Shown here piece by piece: positions 10,118-18,964 of a stretch of DNA of 64,000 nucleotides. The DNA is from an uncultured delta proteobacterium (GTDB lineage Bacteria; Desulfobacterota; Desulfuromonadia; Desulfuromonadales; BM103), in assembly GCA_963715335.1 (NCBI GenBank), contig CAVQRZ010000030.1, positions 14,941 to 78,940 of the forward strand, read 5' to 3'. The number at the start of each line of letters is the position of its first letter. Within the stretch, counting starts at the first letter, position 1. The translations under genes were made by a program, and so were the position numbers. The notes under the pieces were generated by a model. It was given only the letters and a program-made list of their open reading frames with translations. It had not been told where the DNA came from and did not search any database.

Positions 10118-10468
10118 ATGACACGGCGCCGGGTGTTTTTCACCGTTTTACTTTTGCTGGCCCGGCATTCCATTCTTTACGGGCGATGGATCAAGGGCAA
10201 AGTTTACCTGCAAACTGACTCGGTAGGCAAGGTAGAGTTCGGTCACTAGGCAGATATGGAGATCGAATCGATCGGCTCAGCTTCTCACGATGCCCATCCT
10301 GGCATGTTCGGTTGTTACGAGGGTCATCCTGACGCATTCATGCCGAAACGCGGTGCAAACCTGGCGAACATGGAGGATATGGAAAGTGGAGAATCCTGCG
10401 GTGCATGTCATGATGGTTCGACGGCTTTCGGCGTGACCGAGGATTGTGAGGCTTGTCACAAGATCTAA
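10118..10468 (+). pseudogene. Degraded c7-type multiheme cytochrome c
   Basis: CGACH and CEACH intact, a third motif degenerate (CYEGH), in-frame TAG near 10247, disrupted signal-peptide region. Confidence 0.65.
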
Positions 10469-10535
10469 CTGAAAGCTGTCCTAGATGGAAATTCTCAGCC
10501 TTCGGACCGTCTTGCTTAGATTCCAGAATTTACGA

Positions 10536-10576
10536 TAAAACGATACGGCGCCTGCCACGAGCGCCGTATCGTTTTT
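10536..10576. terminator. Bidirectional terminator
   Basis: AAAACGATACGGCGC-loop-GCGCCGTATCGTTTT. Confidence 0.75.
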
Positions 10577-10847
10577 AAAGTGAACGTAATGAAGAAGATG
10601 TGTTGATTATAGTCAGGCCGGGGCATTTGTCAAACACTGTTTTATAAATATTGAAATACTACCAAAATATTATGAGTCCTGACAATCGGAGGCCAGTTTA
10701 ATCCAAGGCATTAAGACCAAAGTAGAGACAGGTGTCCTTGCTTGTTTGTCAGGGTTAGTAAGAGCTTCGTATCTCAGCCAATCCCATGCCGGAGAATTTA
10801 TAAGCAAGACGAGAGCGACCCCGGGAAGGTCGCTCTCGTGTAAACAC

Positions 10848-10892
10848 TGGTCGGAAGGACTGGATTCAAACCAGCGCCCCCTGCTCCGGAAG
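10848..10892 (-). repeat. Degenerate 3' half of a tRNA-Pro (att-like remnant)
   Basis: Reverse strand reads CTTCCGGAGCAGGGGGCGCTGGTTTGAATCCAGTCCTTCCGACCA: T-arm and CCGACCA end, no 5' half; hairpin follows at 10809-10839. Confidence 0.6.
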
Positions 10893-10917
10893 TGGCTGGA
10901 GGAGGCGTTACTTCTCG

Positions 10918-11354
10918 TCAGTTGAACAGGTTCTCGGTAAGAGGGCGATCAATGCCTTCCCAAATATAAACGCCGTGTTCAGTGTCTCTGGTGTCCCAGT
11001 ACACCTCAATGCCGTTGCCGTCTGGGTCGTTAAAATAAAGAGCCCAACTGATCCGATGGTCTACGGGATAGACTGTCAGGCCATCTTTTCTGAGTTTCTT
11101 ATATGTTTCAGCCAGTGCCTTGCTTGTCCGGCACTTCATAGGCGACGTGGTATAAGCCGACATCGTGCCGTTTCGGAATGGACGCATTGCTCCCAACTTC
11201 CTGCAGGGCTAGTTCGTGATGCATATCACCGGCAGACATGAAAACAAACGTAGTCTGCCAGTTGCTCAGTGACCTGCATGTCGAGATACCTTTGGTAAAA
11301 ATCGATCGACTTTTTCAAGTTGCGAATTTTTAGATGAACATGACCGATTCTCAT
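10918..11354 (-). pseudogene. VOC (glyoxalase/catechol dioxygenase-like) family protein with two frameshifts
   Basis: MRIGHVHLKIRNL, HHELAL..GLYHVAYEV and ALYFNDPDGNGIEVY lie in successive different frames. Confidence 0.75.
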
Positions 11355-11401
11355 AACAATCCCTTAACCCTTTCTCCATAGATTCTCTTTAGTGCAGACG
11401 A

Positions 11402-11984
11402 CTATTTGCGCACACCTTGTACCTCCAGGTTGATTGTCACTTCATCGCCGACGACAAAGCCGCCGGTTTCCAAAGCCTTGTTCCAGCTAAGGCCATAATC
11501 ATGGCGATTGATAACAGTGCTCGCAGAAAAGCCGGCACGTAGATTACCCCAGGGGTCATTATTTTCCCCACGGAAGCTGCCTTTCAGAACCACCTCTTTG
11601 GTCGTCCCGCGAATCGTCAAATCGCCATAGACAGTTATGTCTTTGTCTTGCCCTTCGACTTTTTTACTGACGAAGGTCATGTTCGGGTGGTTTGCCGCAT
11701 CGAAAAAATCTGCGCTGCGCAAATGCTCATCACGCTTGGGTTCGCGGGTATCCATTGACGCAATCTTTATCACTGCTTTGGTTGATTTGAGCGACTTTGT
11801 TGCAGGGTCTGCTTCAATCTCTCCCTGGTAATCGTTGAAAGATCCGCTGACTTTGAACACCACGAGATGGTCAACGGTGAACGATATTTGGGAATGAACC
11901 GGGTCAATCTGGTAGACAGCGGCAAGAGCAAGCTGCGCGGAAAAGATAAACAGGGTCGATGAGTATGGCTATTTTGTTAATCAT
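11402..11984 (-). pseudogene. YceI-family lipid/polyisoprenoid-binding protein, frameshift in the signal peptide
   Basis: YQIDPVHSQISF, RDEHLRSADFFD, GDLTIRG, DPWG; the ATG at 11984 with an RBS is out of frame with the body. Confidence 0.8.
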
Positions 11985-12128
11985 GGGAATCTCCTTAAGC
12001 GAAAATTTAATTTGATGAATTGTTGATTGCTGAATGAAAACTATCACGGTAATATATAAATTAATAATATTAATAAATGATAAAGTTAATAGTATAAATC
12101 AATCATATCCGCCGCTAATGAGGTATCT

Positions 12129-13022
12129 ATGACTCTCGAACAACTAAAAATGCTGGTCACGATTGCTGACTTCGGCGGCATCCTTGCCGCAGCGGGAAAA
12201 CTGCACAAGACCCAGCCGACAGTAAGTGTTGCCATCAAGAAGTTGGAGGACGAACTGAGGCTCCAGATTCTCTCGCGCGATAGTTATCGTGCCAGGCTTA
12301 CCCCTGCCGGCGAAGCTCTCTGCCGACAGGCTCGTGTGATTCTCAAACAAAGTAATATCCTGAGTGAAATGGCTAAGCACCTGGCGCAAGGCAATGAACC
12401 CGAGGTACGCATCGCCATTGAAGCCAGTTGCCCGCTTCCCCTGGTTCTTGAAATCCTCGCTGCCTGTGAGAATAAGTTTCCCGGAACCCAGTTTAACCTC
12501 ATGGGCGACACTTTGTGGGGAGCCTTGGAGCGTTTGCAATTGGGAGAAGCCGATTTGGCTATCAGTCCCTGGTTTGAAGAAAACCTTGAATTAGAGTCTT
12601 TCCTGTTAACGACTTCCACACTCATTTCAGTCGCTTCCGCGAAATTCAGAGATGCTTTGGTGAAAAGGGTGCTAACGCTGGATGATTTGGTGGATTTCGT
12701 ACAGGTTGTCGTCAGGGATAGCAGTCGCAACCCTCGCCAGCAAAGTTTTGGTTACCTGGCAGAGAGCAGGCATTGGTATGTCACCGATCATTTGACGAAG
12801 AAAGAGATAATCCTTGCCGGGATGGGGTGGGGGCGTTTACATGAGCACATGATCACAGAGGAGTTGGTTGCAGGCAAACTGGTCCCTTTAACAATCCATA
12901 ATTATCAAACCACGATGGACGTCAACATCTGTGTCGCACGCATGATGGACAAACCGGTTGGGCCTGTTGCTGAAACTCTTTGGCAGGACTTCTCCAGGTA
13001 CTCCGAAGAGAGGGGTAAATAG
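12129..13022 (+). CDS. LysR-family transcriptional regulator
   Basis: N-terminal HTH (AAGKLHKTQPTVSVAIKKLE); divergent from the YceI gene across an AT-rich spacer. Confidence 0.93.
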   Translation: MTLEQLKMLVTIADFGGILAAAGKLHKTQPTVSVAIKKLEDELRLQILSRDSYRARLTPAGEALCRQARVILKQSNILSEMAKHLAQGNEPEVRIAIEASCPLPLVLEILAACENKFPGTQFNLMGDTLWGALERLQLGEADLAISPWFEENLELESFLLTTSTLISVASAKFRDALVKRVLTLDDLVDFVQVVVRDSSRNPRQQSFGYLAESRHWYVTDHLTKKEIILAGMGWGRLHEHMITEELVAGKLVPLTIHNYQTTMDVNICVARMMDKPVGPVAETLWQDFSRYSEERGK

Positions 13023-13292
13023 TAAGGCTGCGCGATATATCAAAATAGGCCGATAGCGCAGCGGTGCCCGAATTGTTTGGGGAATTCATTGATGTCGGCT
13101 ATGTGAACAGGATAAATTTAAAGTACGGTAGAGTCTCGTCTCCTGCCAAATTGAAACCCCCTCGGATACCGATGCCATCTCGCTGGAATTACAGTAAATT
13201 CATCTCTTTTAGAAAAATTAAGAGTGATTTGGTTACATTTGGTGGGGCGTATGGTGTAGAATCGACAAATTGTTCTGCCGAAGGGGGCGCAA

Positions 13293-14444
13293 ATGAAGAA
13301 TCGAAACAAACCTGCCACTCCAACCAAAGAGCCCGTTGATTCAGCAACTCGAAAATCTATTGATGCCGTCATCGGGCAGTTCTTTAAAGACGACACGGCT
13401 TCTATCCTGATTGAATCTTTCGCAGAAGCGTTTCTGGTGATTAATGAAAGTTCGACTGTTATTCTGGTGAATCGCCGCTTTGTAGAATTGTTCGGTTATG
13501 AAAAGGACGAAATCGTCGGCCAACAACTTAACCTGATTATCCCTGAACGGTTTCGTCACGCCCACTCCGAACACACGCGCGATTATTTCAAGACTCCTCA
13601 TGTCCGCTCTATGGGACAAGGCCTTGAACTGAAAGGCTTGAAGAAAAACGGTGACGAATTTCCAGTTGAAGTCAGTATCAGTTTCTTGCGCAACGAAAAA
13701 GAAAAACTGGGCATGGCATTTATCACCGACATCACCGCGCGTACAGAAGCAGAGCAGGCGTTGCAAAAACAGAATCGAGCGTTAAGCGACTTCGCCCAAA
13801 CCGTAGCCCATGATTTAAAGTCGCTGATCACCGCCCTCACTGGTTTTAGCGAACTCTTGGCACAAGAGTATGAAAACCTGTCAACCCGGGACCGGCAGAC
13901 CTCGATGAATACGGTCAAAGAGACCAGCTACAAGATGAATGACATCATCAATGAGCTGCTCTTCCTGGCCCGCGCCAAGCGGGAGGATGTCGTTTTGCGA
14001 AACATTGACCTCAACATTGCTGTGCAGGAAGCCCTGAAAAGGCTGCAATGGAAGATCGACTCCACAGGTGCGATGATTGTTGTGGGGGCGCTTGACGGGA
14101 GGGTTCAGGGGCACCAGCCATGGATCGAAGAAGTGATTTACAACCTGGTCAGCAACGCCCTGAGTCACGGTGGCGAGAAGTTGACGGTTCGTATCGACAC
14201 CGTGTCTTCGGCAGGGGAGATGGCCAGAGTGCGGATTTCCGATAACGGCGGCGGCATGTCGGCAGATCAGTTGCGCGTTCTGCTTGAACAGCCAGAAGAC
14301 CTCCCTCACAACTGGGTCAAAGGACACGGCCTTGGGCTGAGCATCGTTCGTCTTGTCTTGGAAAAGCTCGGCAGTTCGCTTGAGATCCAATGTGTGAACA
14401 ACGAGGGGTGCTGCTTCAGCTTCCTGCTGCCGGCTTATTCGTAA
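13293..14444 (+). CDS. Cytoplasmic PAS sensor histidine kinase (orphan)
   Basis: PAS (LIIPERFRHAH...GDEFPVEVSIS), H-box VAHDLK, NLVSNA, DNGGG, GHGLGL. Confidence 0.9.
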   Translation: MKNRNKPATPTKEPVDSATRKSIDAVIGQFFKDDTASILIESFAEAFLVINESSTVILVNRRFVELFGYEKDEIVGQQLNLIIPERFRHAHSEHTRDYFKTPHVRSMGQGLELKGLKKNGDEFPVEVSISFLRNEKEKLGMAFITDITARTEAEQALQKQNRALSDFAQTVAHDLKSLITALTGFSELLAQEYENLSTRDRQTSMNTVKETSYKMNDIINELLFLARAKREDVVLRNIDLNIAVQEALKRLQWKIDSTGAMIVVGALDGRVQGHQPWIEEVIYNLVSNALSHGGEKLTVRIDTVSSAGEMARVRISDNGGGMSADQLRVLLEQPEDLPHNWVKGHGLGLSIVRLVLEKLGSSLEIQCVNNEGCCFSFLLPAYS

Positions 14445-14504
14445 AGGCACGCTACGAAGTACAAAAGAAAAGGGCGCCCCTGTGAAGATCGTTCTTTGTA
14501 AATA

Positions 14505-14550
14505 CAGGATGGAGGGCCTGGGTTCGAACCAGCGATCCCTGTTCCCGAAG
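14505..14550 (-). repeat. Second degenerate tRNA-Pro 3' fragment
   Basis: Reverse strand reads CTTCGGGAACAGGGATCGCTGGTTCGAACCCAGG: Pro(CGG)-like anticodon loop and T-arm. Confidence 0.5.
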
Positions 14551-14605
14551 CGGTTGGATGCGCTCGCTCTCCAGTGCGCTTACATGCCAGAAAGACATCC
14601 TCCAG

Positions 14606-15142
14606 CTAAGGGTTAAGCCTCTCGTAACGATCTTCCCCGGTTTCCTCATCCTTCCCAAACAATTCGATGTAGGTAACTTTTGCAGATACGCCTTTCCCCT
14701 TGGAACTGATAAAAATCTTTTCGATGTAGGCAGGTTGACCATCGATAATCGTTGCAGCCCAATATTCTCCTTGTACTTCATGGACCCTGATCCTTCGATT
14801 TATCTTGGCGGCCATGTCCATGGTGGCACTGTTCGTTTCGTCGTTGTATTTGACCTTGAACCCGTAAGCAAAGGTTTTCTCAATCCAATTGAGATCCTCC
14901 TCTTGCCCTTCCTCTGCGAGTCTGACCCAGTAGGCAACAACAGGCTCCTTGGGATCAAGCTTGCCATCTGCTTCCATCTGCACATCGTATTGCACAATAT
15001 TGGCATTCTTGCTGCGCTCGATTTTGAACAGATGCTGGGTCTGCCGGTTCTTTGCCAGAGACTCTATTGGGATGAGAAGCGCGAGTGTGATGCAAATCAT
15101 CAGGACAATCACCATTGCTATGCTGGTACGTAAGAATAACAT
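14606..15142 (-). CDS. Secreted protein, DUF4833-like
   Basis: Signal peptide, LFKIERSKNANIVQYD, LNWIEKTFAYG; GGAGGA RBS before 15142. Confidence 0.7.
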   Translation of the reverse strand: MLFLRTSIAMVIVLMICITLALLIPIESLAKNRQTQHLFKIERSKNANIVQYDVQMEADGKLDPKEPVVAYWVRLAEEGQEEDLNWIEKTFAYGFKVKYNDETNSATMDMAAKINRRIRVHEVQGEYWAATIIDGQPAYIEKIFISSKGKGVSAKVTYIELFGKDEETGEDRYERLNP

Positions 15143-15258
15143 TTCGTCCTCCATACCCGGAGATTGCGCCTGTAGCTTTCTGCACAACACGCCTTTAGCT
15201 TTTGCACAACCTAAGGGGATCATCTCTATCTCAAGCCACCCTATTGTCAAATTTCAGG

Positions 15259-15666
15259 TCACGCCGTTGTCAACACCAACTTGCCATGCTTCACACCCTT
15301 GGTCCCGATCAATTCATCCGCGAGGCGTTTGACCTGGGCAGCGGTGCCGCGCACCACGACAACTTCCAGACAGTGATGGGCGTCAAGGTGGACATGCAGG
15401 GCCGAGACGATGGCGTTGTGGTGCGTGTGCTGATGTCCTGTGAGTTTGTCGGACAGGTCCCTGGTGTGATGGTCGTAAACCAAGGTCACGGTGCCGACCG
15501 TTGGCGTGTCGTCGGCGCGGTTCAACTGCGCCTCCACCAGCGCATTACGAATCATGTCGCGAATCGCCTCGGAGCGATTGTCGTAACCCTTATCGGTGAT
15601 CATCTGGTCAAAGTTGTCCAGCAGGCGCTGGTCAATGGAGATGCCAAAGCGGGCGAGCTCAGTCAT
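15259..15666 (-). CDS. nikR: Nickel-responsive regulator NikR
   Basis: [33 protein letters not shown]. Confidence 0.95.
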   Translation of the reverse strand: MTELARFGISIDQRLLDNFDQMITDKGYDNRSEAIRDMIRNALVEAQLNRADDTPTVGTVTLVYDHHTRDLSDKLTGHQHTHHNAIVSALHVHLDAHHCLEVVVVRGTAAQVKRLADELIGTKGVKHGKLVLTTA

Positions 15667-15785
15667 GTTGTCCTCACAGGTCGGCATTTTTGCAAATCTT
15701 TACACGGCTGTTTTGATCGGTCAAGAATCTTGCCCGGTTAGCGATGGATATCCCCTTCCCATCCACAGGCTGTCCACTGATTTTT

Positions 15786-15833
15786 GCACAATATGTTGTG
15801 TGAAACAAAAGTTTTTTTGTCTATATATTGTGT
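15786..15833 (+). promoter_or_regulatory. Tandem NrdR boxes
   Basis: GCACAATATGTTGTGT (15786) and TGTCTATATATTGTGT (15818), 32 bp apart, upstream of nrdD. Confidence 0.85.
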
Positions 15834-15899
15834 TTTTATCTTTGTTATCCAGTTGTTCTGTGATAGTTCTGAAAAAGTGTTTTCTATCTGGGGGAGGGT

Positions 15900-17891
15900 G
15901 TGGTGCTGGAATTTATTCGCAAGAGAGATGGGCGGCTTGTAGCGTTTGAAGAAGAGAAAATTGCCTCGGCTGTACGGAAATCAGTCCAGGCCGTAGGTGG
16001 CACCGACATGGAGCAGGCCGCCGGAATCGGTCGGCAGATTGTCGGAATCCTGGAGGTTATTTACAAGGACGGGCGAATCCCGACCGTTGAGAATGTCCAG
16101 GACCTGGTCGAAAAAATCCTTATTGAGAACGGTCACGCCAAGACGGCCAAGGCCTTTATTCTCTATCGACAGCAGCACGCCACGTTACGTGAGACCAGGG
16201 CGTTCATCAAGGAATCAATCGAATCGATGGATTCCTATCTCACCCAGGAAGACTGGCGGGTCAATGAGAACGCCAACATGGGGTACTCTCTGCAGGGCCT
16301 CAATAATCACATCGCGGCCAACATTACCAGCAACTACTGGCTGAACAAGATCTATCCGCATTACGTCGCCGACGCTCACCGTGACGGCGATTTCCACATC
16401 CACGACCTCGGCATGCTCTCGGTCTATTGCTGTGGCTGGGATCTAAAAGATCTGCTGCTGAAGGGCTTCACCGGCGCCTACGGCAAAATCCAGAGTGCAC
16501 CACCCAAGCATTTCCGTACGGCCATGGGACAGATTGTCAACTTCTTCTACACCCTGCAGGGGGAGGCGGCGGGCGCACAGGCCTTCGCCAACTTCGACAC
16601 CTTGCTGGCTCCCTTCATCCGCTACGACGGGCTCTCCTACAACGAGGTCCGCCAGTCGATGCAGGAGTTCATTTTCAATATGAACGTGCCGACCCGGGTC
16701 GGCTTCCAGACCCCCTTCACCAACATTACACTCGACCTTTTACCCCCACGCGACCTTGCTGAAGAAGCCGTTATCATCGGCGGCAAGCTTATGGAGCACA
16801 CCTACGGTGACTTCCAGGAAGAGATGGACCTCTTCAACCGTGCTTTCTGCGAAGTGATGATGGCCGGTGACGCTTCCGGGCGGATTTTCTCCTTCCCGAT
16901 TCCGACGGTCAATATCACCCGGGATCTTGACTGGGAGAGCCCGCGCTTCCGGCCGATCTGGGAAATGACGGCCAAATACGGCATCCCTTACTTCAGCAAT
17001 TTCATCAACTCCGACATGGATCCGGCAGATGCCCGTTCCATGTGCTGTCGTTTGCGGCTCGACAACCGGGAACTGCGTCGCCGGGGCGGCGGCCTGTTTG
17101 GCTCCAACCCGTTAACCGGCTCGATCGGCGTAGTCACCCTCAACCTGCCTCGTGCCGCTTATCTGGCCAAAGACGTCGAAAGCTTTTTCAGTCGAATCTC
17201 TGAGCTGATGCGAATGGCCTACGAATCCCTCGAGATCAAGCGCAAGCAGCTCGAAAGACTGACTGAAGAAGGACTGTATCCTTACAGTCGCTACTATCTG
17301 CAGGGGATTCGCGAGCGCAGCGGCCGCTTCTGGGACAACCATTTTTCCACCATTGGTCTGCTCGGTATGAACGAAGCGATGCTCAATCTGGTCGGGCAGG
17401 GCATTGATGTTACGGAAGGCAAGAGCCTGGCGGTGCGGACCCTGCAGTTCATGCGCAGTCAGCTCGAGGCTTACCAGGAAGAGACGGGCCATCTTTTTAA
17501 CCTTGAAGCGACTCCCGCTGAAGGGACCAGCTTTCGTCTGGCCCGAGCTGACCGGGAGCGTTATGCCGACATCATCACTGCGGGAGATTCCGAGCCTTAC
17601 TATACCAATTCAACGCAGCTTCCGGTCGGCACGACCGACGATATTTTCGAAGCCCTGACCCACCAGGATTCGCTGCAGACCCTGTATACCGGTGGCACGG
17701 TTTTCCATGGGTTCCTCGGCGAGCGGCTGGATGACTGGCAAAGTGCCCGGCTCATGGTGCGGCGTATCGCTGAGAATTTCCATCTGCCGTATTTCACGAT
17801 CAGCCCGACTTTTACGATCTGCCCGGAACACGGCTATATCCCGGGTGAACATTTTGCCTGTCCGCATTTGCATGAGGGGCAGGCCGCATAA
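15900..17891 (+). CDS. nrdD: Anaerobic ribonucleoside-triphosphate reductase catalytic subunit with ATP cone, lacking the glycyl-radical C-terminus
   Basis: IRKRDG ATP cone, HIHDL, YCCGW, SMCCRL, NLEATPAEG; ends CPEHG..CPHLHEGQAA* with no RVxG motif. Confidence 0.93.
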   Translation: MVLEFIRKRDGRLVAFEEEKIASAVRKSVQAVGGTDMEQAAGIGRQIVGILEVIYKDGRIPTVENVQDLVEKILIENGHAKTAKAFILYRQQHATLRETRAFIKESIESMDSYLTQEDWRVNENANMGYSLQGLNNHIAANITSNYWLNKIYPHYVADAHRDGDFHIHDLGMLSVYCCGWDLKDLLLKGFTGAYGKIQSAPPKHFRTAMGQIVNFFYTLQGEAAGAQAFANFDTLLAPFIRYDGLSYNEVRQSMQEFIFNMNVPTRVGFQTPFTNITLDLLPPRDLAEEAVIIGGKLMEHTYGDFQEEMDLFNRAFCEVMMAGDASGRIFSFPIPTVNITRDLDWESPRFRPIWEMTAKYGIPYFSNFINSDMDPADARSMCCRLRLDNRELRRRGGGLFGSNPLTGSIGVVTLNLPRAAYLAKDVESFFSRISELMRMAYESLEIKRKQLERLTEEGLYPYSRYYLQGIRERSGRFWDNHFSTIGLLGMNEAMLNLVGQGIDVTEGKSLAVRTLQFMRSQLEAYQEETGHLFNLEATPAEGTSFRLARADRERYADIITAGDSEPYYTNSTQLPVGTTDDIFEALTHQDSLQTLYTGGTVFHGFLGERLDDWQSARLMVRRIAENFHLPYFTISPTFTICPEHGYIPGEHFACPHLHEGQAA

Positions 17892-17947
17892 TTCCCTTAC
17901 GCAGAGCAACTGTTTTTTATCAAGTGACCAACTGGAGGAGGCGCAGC

Positions 17948-18088
17948 ATGTCAACCAAATGTAATGCCAGAACAGAAGTCTATTCACGCGTCTGCGGGTT
18001 TTTCCGTCCTGTACAACAATGGAACAAGGGCAAGAAGGAAGAGTTCAAGGATCGTCAGGAATACGTCGTCGAAGAAGGTCGAGGTTAA
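17948..18088 (+). CDS. Stand-alone NrdD glycyl-radical domain (46 aa)
   Basis: MSTKCNARTEVYSRVCGFFRPVQQWNKGKKEEFKDRQEYVVEEGRG; own GGAGGAGG RBS; below the ORF-track cutoff. Confidence 0.9.
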   Translation: MSTKCNARTEVYSRVCGFFRPVQQWNKGKKEEFKDRQEYVVEEGRG

Positions 18089-18137
18089 GGGCTAGTCCCC
18101 GACCAGGGGGCGGTCCCGGAGTCTGGGCAATTAGAAT

Positions 18138-18833
18138 ATGGGTATAAAAGGTTTCCAGGGGACGAGTCTGCTCGATTTCCCCGGGCGGGTTGCGTCCCTG
18201 GTCTTCTGGGGCGGGTGCAATCTGACCTGCCCTTTCTGTCATAATCCTCCCCTGGTTCTGGATCCGGAAAGTTATCCGGACCTCGATATAGCTGGAATCC
18301 TCTCTGATCTCGCCGAGCGCGGGGCCTTTATCGATGGCGTCGTCGTCTCGGGTGGCGAACCGACCATGGACAACGACCTGCCCGCATTCCTGAGAAATGT
18401 CAAGGCGTTGGGCCTGGACGTCAAACTCGACACGAACGGACTGGCTCCTCGGGTTACGGCAGGGTTGATCGAACAGGGTCTTGTTGATTACCTGGCCATT
18501 GATCTGAAAACCGTCCCTGAGCGTTACCGGGAACTGCACCCTGGCAAGGTCTTTCCCGAACGCCTTCTCGAGACTGTCCGCGCCTGTGCTGGTGCCCCTG
18601 TCGAGCTGGAATACCGCACCACCTGTGTCCCCGGCTGGGTCGATGAGGATGTGATTGCCGGACTCGGTGAATTGATCAATGGCGCACCACTCTGGGCTCT
18701 ACAGCAATATCACCCGGAGCATGCCCTGTGTGAAACCGCCAGGAATGTGGCGGCTTATCCCCCAGAGCGAATCCACTCCTTTGCTGATCTTGCGGGCCAA
18801 TTCGTGCAGCGGGTGGTTGTGCGCGGGGTGTGA
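18138..18833 (+). CDS. nrdG: Anaerobic RNR activating radical SAM protein
   Basis: CNLTCPFCHN, SGGEP, KLDTNG. Confidence 0.93.
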   Translation: MGIKGFQGTSLLDFPGRVASLVFWGGCNLTCPFCHNPPLVLDPESYPDLDIAGILSDLAERGAFIDGVVVSGGEPTMDNDLPAFLRNVKALGLDVKLDTNGLAPRVTAGLIEQGLVDYLAIDLKTVPERYRELHPGKVFPERLLETVRACAGAPVELEYRTTCVPGWVDEDVIAGLGELINGAPLWALQQYHPEHALCETARNVAAYPPERIHSFADLAGQFVQRVVVRGV

Positions 18834-18964
18834 TGCAAGCAGAGTTACGCGGGCATCTTCGTCTGCAAGCAAGCCTACGGAAGCGGTTTTCTGCAACTAT
18901 CCATATATTATCTGAAAATTAATATGCAATGTCTTAGCGTTGCACTCGCTTGTTGCTTTGCAGG

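Noticed and set aside
13240..13270. Possible third tRNA remnant (TGGTGGGGCGTATGG..GAATCGAC)
   Set aside because: Too diverged to distinguish from chance.
15759..15853. DnaA-box-like 9-mers upstream of nrdD
   Set aside because: Each has two or more mismatches to TTATCCACA; not supportable by eye.
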